Origin: Rebecca billardiae RCC1528
Lineage: Eukaryota > Protista > Haptophyta
Reading direction: 5' to 3'
Length of the DNA: 64,000 nt
Assembly: GCA_965240325.2 (NCBI GenBank)
Contig: OZ251254.1
Location: forward strand, 186,001 to 250,000
Below are positions 10,561 through 22,855 of this stretch, one piece after another. The stretch's first letter is position 1, and each line of letters begins with the position of its first letter. The notes beneath the pieces were generated by a model. The model was not told the origin of the DNA. It saw only the letters and a list, made by a program, of their open reading frames with translations, and searched no databases. A program made the position numbers and the translations under genes.

Positions 10561-11537
10561 CGTGATCGCCACGCGTCTCTTCGCGATGTCCGCCGCTCCA
10601 GGACTGCGGGAAAAGTCCGGCTGCCAAGCAGTGCCTCGGCCTGCCGGCCTGGCTCGGGGGACGGCTGCCGTGGCGGCGGTGGGTGCGTGCTCGCCGAGCG
10701 TCCTAGCGGTCGATTGCGGGGCGTTCCGTGGCGGCACGCTGGGCGGGGCGGGCCCCAAGACGTAGGGGAACGTCGACAAAGCAGCCCGCTGATGTCTCTC
10801 CTCGCTCGTCGCCCTTGCGGTTGGCGCGCGCAACCACTTGCGGGCTTGAGCTTGTGCCGAGCGGTCACTTCCTGCCAGCCGACTCGACATGTGGGGAGCC
10901 TGGGCGCGATGAGATGGCTCGGGGAGGTGGGGGTATGTAAGCACAATGTATACGTACACGCGCGCTGGACTTCCGACCCCGCACGCCGCCTGAAAGAGGT
11001 CACGTTAGGCACGCGTCGCGCTCTCGCGTTTCAAACGGTGTGTGCCGCACGACATTTCCAGAGTCACGGATCACTGATCGAGCTGCTTTCCTGGTCGCCC
11101 ATAGCACAGACAAGCCTACCCGACTAGCCCCATGCGTGACGGCCGGGTCTTGAGTGCTATGGCACCACTTGTAGCAGCTTCTTGCACGCTGGGCACTGCC
11201 ACAAGCGCCGCGAGCCAGCTTCGTGAGCATTTGAACGCAGACACAAGGTGCGGAGGCAGTCTTCAGGGCGTGGCAATGGCATGGGAGTCCGCGTCTGGTG
11301 TTGTACAAGCAAGGTGACGGCGCGCACACGCGCGACTACGTGCCACAAGGCCGGTGATACCCGCGAGCCGCCACGCTCACGCGCCCGTCGCTCCTCCAGC
11401 TGCCGCTTGGCGACGCCGCCCGGACTCAACGACGACACTGGTCGCGGCCTCCCGGACCCCCAGGGGGGGGGGACCTGGATTTACCCGTCCAGGGGTTTAG
11501 GAGATAAGCCGGTGCGGCAGCCCGGTGGCTCGCAAAG

Positions 11538-12272
11538 TGCAAACCATACGCCCGAAGGGGCGATGGCGAGCACTGGGCGACGCGAGGGCCCGCGTGCGCA
11601 GCGCTCCCAAGGCCGCATGCGGGCTTGACAGCCGTGCGCGGGCGCTTTGCGGGGGCGAGAACACCCGTAGGCAGCAATCGCGCCGCCTCGTCCACGCCCT
11701 GGCCGCCCTCTCCGCGCGCAGAGACCTGCCGGATGGCACGCGCAGTTCTCGAGAAGGCCTGTCCGACGAGCATGATGGGCGCGCGTGCGTCCCTGGGGCA
11801 TTCAAGGTCGGCTTTTTCGCGTCTGTGCGATGGGCATAAGGGTACTCAACATCACTGCGTCGTCGTCAGCCATGCCGACATCGGTCGGACCGCACGCGCG
11901 CACGTGACAGCTGGCAGGCCAGCAAGCGGTTGAAATGGCGGCGCGCGTGATCACAAGGCTGTCGACGAGGAGACCGCAGTGCGAGCAAAAGGAGGGCACG
12001 CCAGACATGCGCATCGGCCACGAGGCGTGCATGAAGCACGAGTGCGGGCACGACGGGCGCGACCAAAGCCGTCATGCGCCTCGACGCGCACGCGCCGCGG
12101 CGGACGACCGAGCAGGGCGCGCGCAGGCTGGCGGCGGCTGGCCTTCTTGGCGGCGGCTGTCCGGGAGTGCCCGCGCACGCGCAACGCGTGTTCAAAGAGC
12201 TCCCCGAAGGCAACGACTCCTAAGGGACGGTGCCTTTCGCCGTGCGAGGGCCCTTCGGGCGTATGGTTTGCA
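11538..12272. repeat. Perfect 22-bp inverted repeat pair ~735 bp apart (candidate MITE ends)
   Basis: TGCAAACCATACGCCCGAAGGG at 11538-11559 and its exact reverse complement at 12251-12272. AAG flanks both outer sides. Confidence 0.55.
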
Positions 12273-14799
12273 AAGCCGGTGGGCGGGGCTCGCGCTGCGG
12301 CGCGGCCGAGCTGGACGATGCACGGTCCTGCACGGTCCCCACTGGTCCCCACGCGCCCGCGCAAGACAGGGGCACGGCACGGCGAGTGCACGCCACGCGC
12401 GGCACCGCTCGTCTCCGAGCGCGTAGCTGGAGAGCGCTCGTCCTCGCCCGCCTCCGCCGGGGCCGGAGGAGCGTCGCCGCCGCGCCCGCCCAGCCTGGCT
12501 CATGCATCAACATGGCCGCACAGGTCGGCTGCAAAGCGCCGCCTGGGCGCGGCCCCAGGTGCTCCGGCTGCCGCTCCGTGTCCAATGCACCGCCCAACAC
12601 ACGTGTGTGCCAGACCGCCAGCAGCAGCAGCATTCCGCCTTCGCCCCACGATCGCGCTGCTGGGACGGACACCGGCGCCGGCGCCCCCGCGCACCACACC
12701 GCTGCGTCGCTCACTCGCGCGACGGGCGGCGCTGCGAGCTCGGCTCGGTGCGGTGCGCGCGCGCCAGGCGGCTGCTCCCCGTCGAACGGCTGTCGGGCTG
12801 CCGAGCAAACGGCTGTCGGGCTGCCGAGCAGCAGCGCCGACCTCGCGTTGGTGGCGCTGCGCGCACGGACGGCCCTGCGACCGTGGCGTTGATGCACGGC
12901 CGCTCAAGCGTCATCGTCAATGAATGATGATCCTTGGTCGGACCTCCGAAGGCACGTGCGCCGTGCGAGGGTGCAGGCAGCAGCAGGGCGCCCTCCTCCC
13001 CACACGAGGGGGCGCCCACGTGGTGCACGAGCCCGCATCGCCGCCTGTCTGCCGGCATGTGCAGCACCCGACGTTGGAGCGCGTGCACGCCGGATGGCAC
13101 CGCCGGCATGCAATCGTCGCGTGCAGGCGGCAAGCAGCGATAGACAACGAGCAGGCCGGGGCTGCGCGCCATCCATCCAGGACTGCCTCCGCCCCACGGC
13201 CAACGAACCTGTGAGGGGGGCCAACTGCATTCGCCCTCGACCTGCGCCGCCACAGCCGCACGCACCGCCCGTGCGCTGATTCCCGGCATGCGGCTGCTCG
13301 CTTGAACCACGCCCGCGCCGCGGGCCTTTGCAAATGACCGACCGCCTCTCGCGCCATGCACGCCGATCGGGCTGCGGCCACACACGCGCGCCGGACGGGG
13401 GACCAACGCCGCGCGCGCTTCGTCGACGCGCTATGCAGCGCGCGCCTTCGAGCGGGCATGGGCGGCGCTGAGCACGCGCCAGCTCGGACGGCGGCTCGGC
13501 GGCGCCAAGCCCTTGGCGGCGATGAGCGCGCGCGCCGAGTCCACACATACATGGGCGCGTGGTGGCGGCGTCGCCACGCGGCGGCAAGACGCCGTGGCCG
13601 CCGCGTGCGAGGGCGCCGTCCGTGCCGCAGCCCGTCGGGCTCCAGCGCGCATCGGAGGCGCATCAAGGCGCCGGCCGGCGCGCGAGTGCGCGCGGGCCCG
13701 CGCGGGCCGCGGCGTAGCAGCCGACAGATGCGCGCGGACGCAGGCGTCGACGTTCGCAGCATGCGCGCGCTGCCGCTCGGGGCGAGGCCAATCCGGTCGA
13801 CAGGCGGCGCGCGCGTCCGACCGACACCGACACGTCGCGGCGCCTGAGCGCGCACGGTCGCGCATCAGCGCCTCGTGGGCCGGAGGAGGTTGCCGGAATT
13901 GCACGACCCGCGAGCCCGAGCGGCGGCGTGCGCTCGCGCAATTCGGCGCGCGTGCGGCGGCCGTCGGGGCACTGCGCAAGGGGGCACCCGGCGGGCGTGG
14001 CCGCCTGCGAGCGCTCGGGCCAGCCCCGACACAGCGGTGGCATTGCCCGGACGCACGGCCGCGCCGCACGGAGTGCTGTTTTTCAGCGCGCTGCGGCGAC
14101 CACCCTCGCCGCGCTCGCTGGCGGCGCGAGGTTGATTGAGCAAGTTGGGCGCGCCTCGGGACGCCGCAGCCGTGGCCACGGCTTACGGGCAGGCGCTCGA
14201 CCGTCATCCACAGTCGCGTCGCAGTCGCGCAGACCCCAACCACGCCACGACGCTTGCGCAGCTCTCACCTAGGGCCGCTGCTCCGTGCGCGCACGCGCGT
14301 GGCGAGAGCCGCAATGCGGCGCGCACGATTGGCGGACGGGGTGCTGACGTTCGAGCTGCGCTCGCTGGCGCGCGCGCCTGCCACGCTCGCGTGGGTGCAC
14401 ACGCTTTTGGTACGCGGCGGTTTTGGCAGGCGGCCGAGCGGCCGGCGCTAGGCCCGGATGTCGGCGCCCAGAGGCTTGGCGCCGACATCCATTAAACACG
14501 CACCTTCGCCGTGTGTCTGTCTGCCGCGCGCGTGACAGGCCACGGCGGTGGGTATGATGAGGTGAACGGGGCGACCGCGACATACGTACTCGGCACCCGA
14601 CTGTGGACGCTATGCGGTTGCGCACTGGTAAGATGACGAAGCGTTTTACCGCTTCGTCATCTTACCACGCACGCGCTCGGGCGCACGGGGCCGCTCTGCA
14701 TAGCCGGCCCGCCGCCCGCTCCAGATGGCGTCGTGTATGTGCTCACCCGAACGCGCGCGTTTCAGAACACGGCTCCCGGCAATTCGCCTGGCATCGTCC

Positions 14800-16250
14800 G
14801 ACGTACACGCCACGGGCTCGCGCGTAGGGGCTTCAATATCAGCACGATCGACCTGAGGTGGTGCTATGACGCGTTGGGGCCACATGGTGATGGCGTCGCC
14901 ATGCCCGGTCGGCGGTTGAGCTGGGGATCGATCACTGGCTGGCTCTGCGGGCCCATTGCAGCGGGCCGTCAGCGGGCGTCGAGCCGAGCACGAACAGGCC
15001 TGTCGTCCATCCTCAAGCCTGCTCCTCGCAGCCACCACTAGCCCTTTGCCGCCACTCGGCATTGCGTCCAGGTATTGCCTCGGCCCGGCGGTCCGCGGTG
15101 CAACGCGGCGCCTCGTTTGGGGCCCTTCTCGGCACGGCTGGTGCCTAGATATGGGTTTCCATTCGGCCTGCTCGGAGCCCGCGCCGCCGCGATCGAGCGC
15201 TCACGCGCACGGCTGTGGTCGTGTGTGAATTCTGCCCAAGTTGCCCCTCGGCGCTGCCAAACGGGCGCACACGCACTCGCCCCGAGCATGTCACTTACGC
15301 CGATGTTGTGAGGTACTTCTTTCTCGGCAGGACGAGCTTGGCTAATTCCGATTGGAGTTCCACCGTAGGTACGCGGAGGAAATCACGATATCGAGCGTCG
15401 TGGCCCACGTTGCGCTGACGGCTGCGGCTGCCAGGCGTGCCCGGTCAACAGGGACGTCCGACCCGAGGCGCGGGTGCGTTGAACCCGCCGCTAGTCACTT
15501 GTTGACAACCGCTCGCAGCTTGCGCAGTGATTGGCTTGGCGGCTCCACACGGACCTGCCCGAGGGCGCCAGCACGTCGCGCCGATAACCGGTTGACGGCG
15601 TGCGCGCTACAGCCACGGCACGCACCCCGATGCGAGGCTACGTCGCAACGCTGGCCATCGGCGCCAGCCGTGCGCTCATCCCGAACGAAAGGGCGGCGAG
15701 CTGGTCGGCCAGCGGGCGGTTGACAGGACAGAAGATGCTCGCGATTTTCATGGCGTTGGCACGCCCGGCCGAGTTGGCAGTGGTGCGCGCGATCTGCCGC
15801 ACCGCTCTACTTTGGGCGGCGCTTCTCGTTGGCATTGCGTTCGAGCGCAGACCGATTGTCGCCCGCGGGCGGAGTCGCTGGCGGCGCCGAAATTGTCCAC
15901 GCGGATCTCTAGGCGGCCACGTTGGTCGCTGCATGCCCAACCAACCCGCAGGGGCGCGCGCCGCGATGGCTAGTCAACGATCCCCCCTTTGTGTCGCTTT
16001 GCACAGGCCCCAGAAGCTTGAGCCGTCGGTCAACGTTCACGGCACCCGAAGACCAAGCCCACGCACGGCGAGCGAGACGGCGGCGCTGCCACAACTCCAT
16101 GGCATCCTGCCGACGCGACAAAGCGGGTGCGCTGGCCGCCACATCTAACGTCTGTAGCGCGACGTGTCCGGCATGTGCGATGGTACTCCTCCTAGACCAG
16201 CCTGCCTGGAACGGATGGGTATCGAGCCTCGCTTGGCGCGAAGGCGTGCG
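14800..16250 (+). pseudogene. Possible decayed DIRS/tyrosine-recombinase retrotransposon pol (RT-RNaseH-MT) remnant
   Basis: Motif-like peptides occur in the right order across broken frames: STIDLRWCYDAL (~14840), YGFPFGLLGA (~15150), VTYADV (~15290), WLVNDPPF (~15970), LLLDQPAWNGWVSSL (~16190). Spacing is longer than canonical. Confidence 0.3.
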
Positions 16251-16968
16251 CTTGATACGTGATGGAGAGGTCTGTGGCGAGCGAACCGCTGCTCAGCGCG
16301 CCCAGGGGGACTGATTCGTCCGACGCGAGCATGAGCATGCCGCGGTCCTACGAAGACAAAGCGGGACTTGGCTTGATGGCGCGGGCGAAGCCGGTACACA
16401 TAGACATCCGGCACCAGCACGCGCGGCGCGTGTCGGGCGTGGCGCGGTGGCGATTTTTCTGCATTCCAGACGGCCAGCGTGCCAGCAGCCTCGTGCCGAG
16501 CCTCGTGCCGAGCTTGTCTCAGTGGGACACGGCGTCAAGCAGGGCTTTACGCGAGCCGGGCCAAGCACGCATGGCATAATGGCACGTGACGAGTGCAGCC
16601 GTGCACCGGAAGAGGGCACGGTGAGCTAGCGACGCGCAGGTACTGTACCCGGTCCCCACCCGCCTGTTCATCGAGCCGCACGCCGCACCGCTCGCACCGG
16701 CTCGTTGAGCACGGCGCGTCTAGGCGTTGCTGCGGCAGTCTGTGGCGGCAACCCATTCTACAGCAAGGCAGTATAGCATCGAGCGTCGGCCGGAAGAAAG
16801 CTGCCAGATCGGATATCTGCAGTCTGCTGAAGTGAATTAACTTGCTAGACGAAGACAGGCCCAGCCTCAGCGACGCCGGGGAAGCTGCATCATAGATCCC
16901 ATCATCCTATCTACGCAACGCCAACTCGTACAGTCACCACCCCTCACCGAATAATGCGCGGTTAGCTC

Positions 16969-19131
16969 TTAGACGCTTTGCGGCGGCAGCTCGAGCAGAA
17001 GCTGCCCGTCGGCGCCATCGCTCGCTTGCGACGCAGCCGAGCGAGCCGTGAGGGTGATGCGACCGTCGGCATGCAGGCAAAGGTTCGCAGCGAGCTTGTG
17101 TGCACCATTCGTCGCAGCCCCCTCGGCCGGGACGCGCACACTGGCGATCTCGTGTGCGTCGCGCAGATCGGTCGTCTCACACTCGTACAGCGCGAGTCGG
17201 CTCCCCGACGCGCTGAGGTCCAGCGCGCATGTGGCGGGAAGCCGCATGCCACGTGGGATCAGTTTTACGAGGGCCCCATCAGAGGCTGCGACGCAGATCG
17301 AGTGTGGGGCGAGGACGGCGCTGGAGATACGCGGCTGCGCAGGAGTGGGTGGGTCGCTTGCGCCCGGCTCCGCCATGGCAGCATATCGGGCACAGCCGAC
17401 GACGACCGCCTCGTCTGGCGCCGAGCAGTGAACAGACGCGTCGGGAAACGCAGCCGCAAGCAGCGCGAGCACGCGTGGCATGGCGCAGCCGCCTCCAGAC
17501 AATATGACGTCGTCCACGCCCGTGATCGCCCCACTTGCGGCGGCGGAGGCAAGCGTGTCCCGCGCGAGCGCGACCAGCCGGCCCAGCACGGGCCCAACGA
17601 TCTCTTCGACTCGAGGCCTGGTGCGAAGACAGGAAGGGCGCGAGGCGCGGTCAGAGTGCCGCCACGAGCGGCCGTCGCCACAGACGCGGGCCGCGCGAGC
17701 TACGCAGGCTGTGGCCTCTCGGCACCTGGGTCGTAGGCCGCCCGAGCCGTGCACACAGGCGGCCAGGGCCGGCCTTTACAGGTAGGCACGCGCACTGCGC
17801 GCTCGCACGTGGCGATGGCGCGCACCTTGAGAGCGACAGCGTGTAGTCGCGGTCGTCAGCGAGTGCCTCAAGCGTGAGCGCGTGCTGCTGCACGTTCGCC
17901 AGAGCCACGAGAGCTTCGTCCGCCGCGGCTGCTAGCTTTGCCAGCGCGCGCTTGTGCTCGCCGTCGTCGATGCGGACGCGCGTCCTGCGTGTGGAGTGCG
18001 GGCGGGTGGCGCCGCACGTGCCGCACGCGTGGGGAGGCGAGCGCGCCGGGTGCCGGACGGTGAGCGCGCGCGCCGGCGCTCAAGCGAGCGGGCGGGCCGG
18101 TGGGCGGTGCGTGCGACGGGCGCGCCTCGGGCGGTGCGCGCGCGCGCGCACTTGCGGTGCACGTCTTGCACGAGGTTCGCCAGCAGCAGCGCGGTGCACT
18201 CGCGCGTCGAGGCGGCCTCGTCCGCGGCCGAGTGCACGAGCGCCGCGCTGCCGTCCGGCCGGAGCTCGAGCACGGAGGCAGCGGCGTGCGACGCGCCGAA
18301 CTCGACGACGAGGCACGCGCGTGGTGTCGTCAACGCTCGCTCCGCTGGCGGCGCGTCCACCCCGTCCGCACCCACGGGCGGGGGCGCCACGGTCGGAAGG
18401 CCGAGCTGCCTGGCGTATGCGAGGGCGGCCGCGAGCGGCGTCGGCAGCAGGGTCGCGCGCAGCCCGGCGGCGAGGGCAGCGCGGCGAACGGCGTCGCACT
18501 CGGCGTGGGTGGCGCCGACGCCCACGCCAATCACCGCCTCCTTCACCTGCGCGTCCAGCGCGTCCTCCGCCGTCGAGCGCACCTGTCGCAGCAGCAGCGA
18601 CGCCACAAACTCCGGGGTGTACCGCTTGGGGGCGGCGCGCGCGGACACGCACAGCACGACGCCGAGCGAGGGCGCGGCGTCGGCGGCGTCGGGGGCCACG
18701 GCGACAGCCTCACGCACGTCCTTGGGCAGATCGTCTGGCGTCGCGTCGTCCAGCCCGAACGCCCACTGCGCGCGCCAGCGGGCGAGGCGCGCGTCGTCCG
18801 CGCGCGCGCCCAGCAGCCGCCGCACATCGGCGACGGTGTTGGCGGCGTTGCGGGCGCGCTGCGCGAAGGCGGGCTCGCCGACGAGGGTCTCATCGTCAGT
18901 GAACGCCACCACGGAAGGCGTCTTGTGCGACCCGGCCTCGTTCGCCACCACGTCCACCACGCCTGCCTTGGCGCGGCCCACGCGGCAGTGCGCCAGCCCA
19001 AAGTCGAGGCCAACGCTCACGCTCGGGCCGCTCGGGCCGCGCTTGGGGGTGTCGGAGGCAGCGGTGGCGCCACCAGCGTCTGCCGCCGACGCCTTGCCGC
19101 GCTCCTTGTTCCGCTTGCTCTGCTTGCCCAT
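16969..19131 (-). CDS. Atypical Hsp70 (HSPA14/Ssz1-like), 3 exons
   Basis: Motifs VGLDFG, VVANEAGSHKTPSVVAF, LVGEPA and VILSGGG. Exons 19131-18152, 17984-17826 and 17617-16969 join in frame via GT-AG introns. The C-terminus is short and lacks the lid/EEVD. Confidence 0.85.
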
Positions 19132-19728
19132 CGGGCAGGCGGGCGCGACGCGGTGCGCCGCGGTCTCGACACGTGCCGCTGGGGCGGAGCAGCCGGTTGG
19201 CTCGAGCCGGTATCTCAGGCAAGGCCTCGTCGGCGTCGCGCCCAGGCTGCGACGAATCCTCACGCGTGATGCTGTCGATGCAGCACGTTTTTTGTCCTTT
19301 CGAAACGATTTTCTCGGCTAAAACGTGGCCGCACCCGCACGGGCAAGGGCTGTTCAGATTGTCACTACCATACCGTCGTCACGCGGGCTCTCATCATGGC
19401 AGTATTCCGATCCCGCGACCCGACGGACCCGTCACGAGCCAGCGGTCAAGCGGGCTGCCGATCGCCCGCTGACGAACCGCGCGGCCTCCGCTGGACGCAA
19501 CAGGCTGCTGCTGAACCTGGCATCACCCAGGCTCCAGTGCGCCCACGATGGGCAGACTCGGCCGCCAGGGCGCCAAGGCCCGGCCACCCGGCGCGAGGGC
19601 CGGAGGCCAGCCCGCGACGCAGCGCCCGCGGCCGACCCCGCAGCAGCGGCCGACAGCAGCCGTCGGCAGCGGCCAGTGCGGCGAGCAGCGCGATGCCCCC
19701 GCGGCGCCCGGCGAGCGCGTGCGCGCGC

Positions 19729-20621
19729 TCAACCGGGCGAGTCGAACTCGGAGTCCGGGTCGTTCTTCTGCCGCTTGGGCCACTCGATCCACTCAGTCTG
19801 CTGCGCCGACCCCTCGGGCTGCGCGCGCGGCACGGCGCAACGCGCGCGCGCGGCGTGTGCGCGGGGGTGGAGAACTGAGCGCGCGCGCCGCCGCGTCGCC
19901 CCGCCCCGCGCCGCGCCCACGCGTGCCCGCTCGCGCCCACGCCCCGCCGCGCGCGCGCGTCGCGGCGCCGCGCGCGCCCCACCTTGTGCAGCTTGAAGCC
20001 AAAGACGCGCGGCACGTACTTGAACTTGTTCTTGGCCGGCTTCGTGTCCGGGAACGACTGCGTGAAGAGGTGCGGGAAGGTGGTGCCGAAGAAGGCGCCG
20101 TCGATGTACGTGTTGCCCGTGTCCGCCTCGTACACGTCCTCGCACAGCTGGCAGTACCGCTGCACCGGGTTGTCGCCCGACGCCGAGTACTGGTCGCCCA
20201 GCCCGACCGGCAGCAGCGGGTGCTTGTGGCAGAACGTGCGCGGGCACTGCCCAAACTCGCGCGCGTGGTACTTGGTCTTCATGTCCTGAAGGCCCTGCGC
20301 GGTGAGCACGTAGCGCGCGTGGATCAGCCCGTACAGCACGCGCGCGGTGTTCAGCACCTTGTGGATGCGCTGCGACGGGTCGGCGAGCTGCCGCTCGGTC
20401 GGCGCCGAGCCGAGGATCATCCCCATCGCCTCGCCGTACAGCGGGCCGATCTCCTCCTTCAGCCCGTACAGGTTGAAGCGGTCCTGCACGTACGCCGGGT
20501 CCACCTCGCAGAACAGCTCGTGGTGCCGCAGCAGGCAGAACCACGAGATCCACGACGGCTCGTCGAGCGACGAGCCGTCCTCGGACGACGAGTCGAGCGC
20601 GTCGTACCGGTCGACCTCCAT
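19729..20621 (-). CDS. CSNK2B: Casein kinase II regulatory beta subunit, 2 exons
   Basis: SWISWFC..HELFCEVD, DRFNLYGL, LYGLIHARY, CPRTFC..CQLC zinc finger, IDGAFFGTTFPHLF, YVPRVFGFKLH. Exons 20621-19983 and 19818-19729. Confidence 0.95.
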
Positions 20622-21432
20622 CGGAGGTGCCGCCGCGCGGAGGGTGCGGCCTCGCGCGCCTCCAGCTGGCGCGCCGGCGAGAGTCCCGGCTGGCACGAGC
20701 AGGCGCTGCGGCGACCCGACGGCAAGCGAGGTCGGCCGGCCCCGAGGCTTGCGCGGCAGTGGGCGAGTGGGCTCGCACCCGTCGGCCGCCCTGCTGAAGC
20801 CGGCTTGGCGCCGAGCCCCCGCGATGGTGCGATCTCGCGCGCCGCGAGATCGATGCAGACCTGGCCTGGCAAGTCCGAGTGGCCAAGCCTCGGTGTCGCT
20901 TTTTTCGGCCGGGGAAATTCGGCCACCGCCGCAGCAGCGTACTTTGCTACTTTCGATCGGGGATGGCGGCCGTCCACCCAAACGGCGGGCGTCCCGGGCA
21001 CGGCGTACTGAGCCCGCGTCCACTTGGTGTTGACCCTAGTCCGACCCTAGTCCATACGCATCAGTACCATAGCTAGGAACCATGCAACGCCAGCCCACTC
21101 CCCGGAGACCTCGACTCTCCATGGCATCCTTCTGGAGTCTCGGGCTGGCACGGCGCGGCCGCGGCCGCGGCCGGCGGCGAGCGCCACACGGCTGACTACG
21201 CGCAGACCGGGGCGCGGGGCTCCACCCAGGCGGCGCGGGCGGGCACGCTCGCCGGACCGCCGACGCTCCCGCGGTAGGAGACAGACGCGGTGCCAGACCA
21301 ACGCCACGCTGCCTCGCACTTGAGCACTGCGCAGCAAGTGCGAGGCAGGCCCCGCGCGTTGCTGCTGCCGGACTCTCCGCGCCTTGCTGCTCCCACTGGT
21401 CGTCTGGTGCGGGTGCGGCCTTCGGCCGTGCC

Positions 21433-22653
21433 TCATGGCCAGCTCGCCTCGATGGTGCGCATGATCTCCTCGAGGGAGCCGAAGGCGCGCGAGTAGGTGG
21501 CGACGGGCCGGCTGGCCCTGCGGTCGTGCGGGGGGCCGGCGATCTTCGAGGCGACCACCTCGAGCTGGCGCGCGCCGTTGTGGATCACCGCCCAGTGGAA
21601 CGTGGCGGGGTCGGCGAAGCGCGCGTGCGTCTTCGGGAAGCGCGCGGCAAAGTCGAAGCCGGCTGCGCGCAGCTCCGCGATCCGCGCGTCGCGCGCCGCG
21701 GGCTCCATGCGGCACGCGCGCTCCACCGGCCCGTGCAGCTCGAACTCCTCCTCCGCCGTCATGCGCATCGTGCGCCGCTCCGACTTGCTCGCGTTGAAGA
21801 GGCGGTCCATGCGCTCGCACTGCGCGCGGAACCTCGTCAGCTTGCCCTCCTCCTCGGGGCTCTGCGCGGCGGCGGGGAAGACGAAGAGGCTGACCCAGCC
21901 CTCGCTGATGCTCCCCGAGCTCCACGCGCAGCGCACGCCCCACGGGCCGGCCACCCACGCCGCCTCCGCCTCCACCAGGAAGTGCTCGAGGCACGGGAAG
22001 CGCAGCGGGCAGTAGAGCTGGTCGCCGTTGAGCGAGGGCCCGCCCTCGATCGCGCCGTGGAGCTGCTCCGCCGCACTGCCGAGGATGAGCTTCGAGAACT
22101 TGCGGCAGCGCGCGGCGGCGGCGAGGCCAGGGAAGAGAGCGTCGAGCGGCGGCGCGCCCTCGTCGGCACCGCCCGCCGGCACCGGCGCGGCGGGCCCGCC
22201 CGGCTGCTTCACGCGCGGGAAGGCGGCGGGCTCCTCGTCTGCGCCGACTGGGCGGACGTCGACGACGTCGACGCGCAGCGCGAGCGTCGTGCCGTAGTCG
22301 TACGTAAACTCGAGCTGCGAGCCGGCGCGCAGCCGCAGCTTGGCGAGCTTGGTCGACGCATCCTCGGTCTCCTCGACAACGGTGTCATCGCCCATGGAGA
22401 ACGGCCCCTGGTACTTCTTCTCGCGCCGCCCGCGCACCGTGTAGCTCCACAGGTGGTCGAGGATGCCCTCATCGCGCACCTGCTCGATGTACTCCGTGCA
22501 GAGGAGCTCGGTCACCTCCCACAGCGTGCTCGACCCCAGCGCCTCGACGGCGAGAACCTCGCTCCCGCGCCCACTCCGCTCCATGAAGTGCAGCAAGAAG
22601 ACCTCATCGGCGTGCGACTCCAAGGTCGCGCTCACCGCCTCGCTCGCCGCCAT
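21433..22653 (-). CDS. Intronless protein with an N-terminal pRiA4b ORF-3 / MM3350-like domain
   Basis: STLWEV..DHLWSY..TKLAKLRLRAGSQLEFTYDYGTTLALRVDV resembles the HL..F..L..G..f.Y.YDFGD motif of that family. Codon bias is strong. Confidence 0.6.
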   Translation of the reverse strand: MAASEAVSATLESHADEVFLLHFMERSGRGSEVLAVEALGSSTLWEVTELLCTEYIEQVRDEGILDHLWSYTVRGRREKKYQGPFSMGDDTVVEETEDASTKLAKLRLRAGSQLEFTYDYGTTLALRVDVVDVRPVGADEEPAAFPRVKQPGGPAAPVPAGGADEGAPPLDALFPGLAAAARCRKFSKLILGSAAEQLHGAIEGGPSLNGDQLYCPLRFPCLEHFLVEAEAAWVAGPWGVRCAWSSGSISEGWVSLFVFPAAAQSPEEEGKLTRFRAQCERMDRLFNASKSERRTMRMTAEEEFELHGPVERACRMEPAARDARIAELRAAGFDFAARFPKTHARFADPATFHWAVIHNGARQLEVVASKIAGPPHDRRASRPVATYSRAFGSLEEIMRTIEASWP

Positions 22654-22855
22654 CGGCACAGTGCCTCGTGTCCGACGCCGGGCGCCGGCGGCGAAAATGC
22701 TTCGCGAGCCGCGCGCCTGGGCCGCGCGCAGCCGCGCACTCGTTTGTAATTGCTAAATTTGCGCCCGCCTCAATCCCTCTTTATCTTTACTTTCAAACCC
22801 GCGCTCCGCCATCGTTGGGCGCGAACGCCCCCGCTCGCACGCCCGGGCGGTCGCG

